DNA from: an uncultured Pseudomonadales bacterium
GTDB lineage: Bacteria > Patescibacteriota > Microgenomatia > UBA1400 > MFAQ01
Direction: 5' to 3'
DNA length: 55,428 nt
Assembly (NCBI GenBank): GCA_964509695.1
Contig: CAZDXN010000003.1
Span: 1-55,428, forward strand
Position 1 is the first letter of the stretch, and the number at the start of each line of letters is the position of its first letter. Below are positions 52,898 through 55,428 of this stretch, piece by piece. Position numbers and translations under genes: made by a program. The notes under the pieces were generated by a model. The model was not told the DNA's origin and did not search any database. It worked only from the letters and a program-made list of their open reading frames with translations.

Positions 52898-53089
52898 GGG
52901 CTGCCTCCTTTGGCGGCCTTACCTAAATCCCCGTGGGCGGAATTGCCTACGGGGTTGAAAGTTGAAGGCTCGAAAGCTCAAGCGCTCAGTTCAACCTCGT
53001 AAGTTTTTTGTTACTCGACTCTTGGGTTGTTAAGGTACGGGAGCCAGCTACAAAATTAGCACAAATGGCCGTGAATGTCAAGTTATAGG

Positions 53090-53518
53090 CTATCGGTAGT
53101 CTTTGAGATTTACCACCTTTACTCCCGGAAATTTACTTTGGTGTTTGGAATTAGCAGTAACCAGCGTTGCCTCCAGCTTCTCGGCCAAGACAATAAATAC
53201 GGCGTCATAAAAGGTGATTTTGGCCTTTTCGGCAACCTCTTCGGATCGGGTGCCGTCCGGAAAACTCAAGTCGGAATATTTTATTGGCAATTGTTCGAGA
53301 TTATTCCAGCTAGCTACCTTTTCTGGTTCGGTGATTTTTCGAAAACGGATGACATTTCCGATTTCATATTTGGCCAAAATTGGAGCGGCGAGAGAAACGG
53401 CGCCATTCTCGACGTCAGACAGCAGAGCATCGGCTTGATCCAAACCATCTTCGCCTTCGGAAAAGATAAACTTCACTATCACAGAAGAATCCAAAACAAG
53501 TTGTTTCATTTTCATCAA
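53090..53518 (-). CDS. PIN-domain toxin (VapC-like)
   Basis: LVLDSSVIVK, YEIGNV, TFYDAVF and LVTAN. Confidence 0.92.
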   Translation of the reverse strand: MMKMKQLVLDSSVIVKFIFSEGEDGLDQADALLSDVENGAVSLAAPILAKYEIGNVIRFRKITEPEKVASWNNLEQLPIKYSDLSFPDGTRSEEVAEKAKITFYDAVFIVLAEKLEATLVTANSKHQSKFPGVKVVNLKDYR

Positions 53519-53787
53519 TGCCGCTGTCGGTCTTTGATAATGAATTGAGAGGCGGTGAGGTCATCTCTCTTGCCTTTGAAGTTTCGGGTCAGCCTGATTG
53601 TCTGCCAGATTTTCTTCCAGTCGACTTTTTTTTGAGGTTCGGGCTGATAGGGTTTGACGATGAAGGATCTGCCATCGATTGCGAAAATGTGAACTGCTGA
53701 CCCCTCAGTCAGCCAAGGGAGTTCGCTTCTGATTTTGTCGGGAATGGTGATTTGGCCTCTTTGCCTGACCGTGGCGATGTATGTCAT
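53515..53787 (-). CDS. AbrB/MazE family antitoxin
   Basis: ATVRQRGQITIPDKIR; TTGACA-17-TAATCT-6-ATG with a TCAGAAATTCTGA palindrome. Confidence 0.92.
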   Translation of the reverse strand: MTYIATVRQRGQITIPDKIRSELPWLTEGSAVHIFAIDGRSFIVKPYQPEPQKKVDWKKIWQTIRLTRNFKGKRDDLTASQFIIKDRQRH

Positions 53788-53875
53788 GTATTCAGATTAT
53801 CAGAAATTCTGAAAAGTGTCAAGTATAAATTGGGAAGTAAGGTTAAGATAGTTTCTGATATGATTGTGACGCATT

Positions 53876-54940
53876 ATGTTCGAGAAAATTTGGAGATTAG
53901 CGACGCTGGATGTGGGAATTGATTTGGGCACAGCCAATACGATCGTTCATATTCGGGGTAAGGGGGTGGTGATCAGACAGCCTTCGGTGGTGGCCCGTCA
54001 TATCAAGACGAAGGAGATTTTGGCCATTGGTGAGGAAGCGAAGAAAATGCTGGGGAAAAATCCGGCCAATATTGAGGTGGTGCGGCCGTTGCGCGATGGG
54101 GTGATCGCCGATTATGACGCGGCTGAGGCGATGCTCAAGCACTACATTCACGAAGTTCATGATTTGTATCGCGGCTTTGGCTTCAAGATTCCCCGGCCCC
54201 GAGTGGCTCTGGGGATTCCTTCCGGAGTGACCGAGGTCGAACGGCGGGCAGTGCACGAGGCGGCGCTGTCGGCGGGAGCACGGGCGGCGTTTTTGATCGA
54301 GGAGCCGATGGCGGCGGCGATTGGGGCCGGACTGCCGGTGGACAAGGCTCAGGGACAAATGGTAATTGATATTGGTGGCGGAACGAGCGAGATCGGGGTA
54401 ATTTCACTGTCGGGGCTAGTTTTGAACAAAAGTCTGCGGGTCGCCGGGGACGAACTGACTGAGGCGGTGATTAATTTTGCTCGAACTAAATATTCACTGC
54501 TTTTGGGAGAGTCGACGGCGGAGGAGGTGAAGATTGCCGTAGGATCAGCCTACCCGTTAAAACGTGAGAAAGAGGCGACGCCATTGCAGATTGTAGTTCG
54601 GGGCCGGAGTCTGGAAAATGGACTGCCCAAGTCGCTGAAATTGACCAGTGTCGAGATTCGCGAGGCACTAATGCCGGTGATTCAGCAGATTCTATCTGAA
54701 ATTACCTTGATTATTGAGGAGACACCGCCGGAAATAGTTTCTGATATTTTGGAAAAGGGAATCGTCTTAGCTGGGGGCGGGGCTTTGATTCGGGGTTTGG
54801 ACAAGCTGATTTCGGAGGAGACGGGGATGCCCGTTTGGGTGACCGAGAATCCGATGGAGGCGGTCGTTCGCGGCTGTGCCCGGGTACTCGAGGATGATAA
54901 ATTGTTGAAAAAGGTACGAGTGACGGGGGGATTAAGCTAG
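53876..54940 (+). CDS. mreB: Rod shape-determining protein MreB (copy 2)
   Basis: GIDLGTANT, RPLRDGVIADY, IEEPMAAAIGAG, DIGGGTSE and LAGGGALIRGLD. Confidence 0.97.
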   Translation: MFEKIWRLATLDVGIDLGTANTIVHIRGKGVVIRQPSVVARHIKTKEILAIGEEAKKMLGKNPANIEVVRPLRDGVIADYDAAEAMLKHYIHEVHDLYRGFGFKIPRPRVALGIPSGVTEVERRAVHEAALSAGARAAFLIEEPMAAAIGAGLPVDKAQGQMVIDIGGGTSEIGVISLSGLVLNKSLRVAGDELTEAVINFARTKYSLLLGESTAEEVKIAVGSAYPLKREKEATPLQIVVRGRSLENGLPKSLKLTSVEIREALMPVIQQILSEITLIIEETPPEIVSDILEKGIVLAGGGALIRGLDKLISEETGMPVWVTENPMEAVVRGCARVLEDDKLLKKVRVTGGLS

Positions 54941-54947
54941 TTTTTCA

Positions 54948-55170
54948 ATGTCATCGCGAGAAGGTATTCCGACGCGGCGATCCACTCTGTCATTCCGACC
55001 CCCGAGCCGGAATCTATTTGTATCACCCCCGAACTTCGTTCTCCCCCTCTTAAATTAAGAGGGGGTAAGGGGGTGATATGGATCCCGGATTCCCGAGGAA
55101 ATACTCGGGACAGGCAAGTCCGGGATGACAAGATGGATTGCTTCTCCCGCTAAGCGGGATCGCAATGACG
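54948..55170. repeat. Nested palindromic repeat cluster; 54988-55130 is near-identical to 1862-2008
   Basis: Direct sequence comparison. Confidence 0.92.
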
Positions 55171-55189
55171 GTTTGTGTATCATGAGAGT

Positions 55190-55428
55190 ATGGCGAAGGG
55201 GAAGGAGATTATTGTGGGATCGGGAGGGGTGAGAATCGAACAGTTTTGGAAAGACAATGGTAATAAGGTTTTGGCGGTGACGGCGGGGGTGGGGGCTGGG
55301 GCGGCGGCGCTGCTTTTGGTGAAGGCTTTTTTTGATGCCAAACGAAGAAGAAAGATTGAGGTGAGGGCGGCTGCGGTCAACATGGCTCAGTTTGTTGAGG
55401 AGGCGAAGGAACTGGGCGAGGATAACGG
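55190..55428 (+). CDS. Partial hypothetical membrane protein running off the window end
   Basis: TATCAT-6-ATG; MAKGKEIIVG..VLAVTAGVGAGAAALLLVKAFF; open to the end of the window. Confidence 0.65.
   Translation, partial: MAKGKEIIVGSGGVRIEQFWKDNGNKVLAVTAGVGAGAAALLLVKAFFDAKRRRKIEVRAAAVNMAQFVEEAKELGEDN

Noticed and set aside
1-55428. Alternative genetic code (TGA=Gly) as in Gracilibacteria/Absconditabacteria
   Set aside because: Conserved genes (rpmB, def) end at TGA at their expected lengths, and no core gene is interrupted by in-frame TGA.
55190-55428. mreC expected after mreB2
   Set aside because: The partial ORF has one TM but no MreC-like coiled-coil or motifs visible in the available 79 codons.

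Overview
This 55.4 kb window is bacterial chromosome, most consistent with Patescibacteria/CPR (Microgenomates-like). That placement is inferred from gene content and style, not from a database search. The core scaffold is the conserved tRNA-Thr/tRNA-Tyr, rpmG, tRNA-Trp, secE, nusG, rplK, rplA, rplJ, rplL neighbourhood, plus rpmB, def-fmt, elp3 and two mreB paralogues. It is broken up by seven toxin-antitoxin modules and many orphan genes. No integrase, transposase, reverse transcriptase, cas gene, CRISPR array or rRNA was seen. Most genes look leaderless, with a -10 hexamer 5-8 nt before the ATG. The most unusual signals are: (1) several palindromic repeat families and 7/8-mer tandem arrays that sit in-frame inside essential genes (rplA, fmt, def, elp3); (2) a four-helix-bundle gene enclosed by inverted 8-mer arrays, with empty array footprints elsewhere; (3) Shine-Dalgarno-led accessory transcripts with boxA-like motifs and leader-trailer helices (24 bp around the 759-aa orphan), an rRNA-operon-like architecture on mRNAs; (4) two unannotated structured ncRNA candidates (~375 nt at 8.5-8.9 kb; a 6S-like rod at 26.1 kb); (5) a 30-aa acidic peptide gene upstream of a putative COOH-NH2 ligase, Pup/PafA-like; (6) 39-bp repeats delimiting gene cassettes; (7) three divergent tandem paralogues whose stop codons double as the next promoter; (8) a Cfr-like rRNA methyltransferase. 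All family assignments are by eye from motifs and need HMM or structure confirmation.
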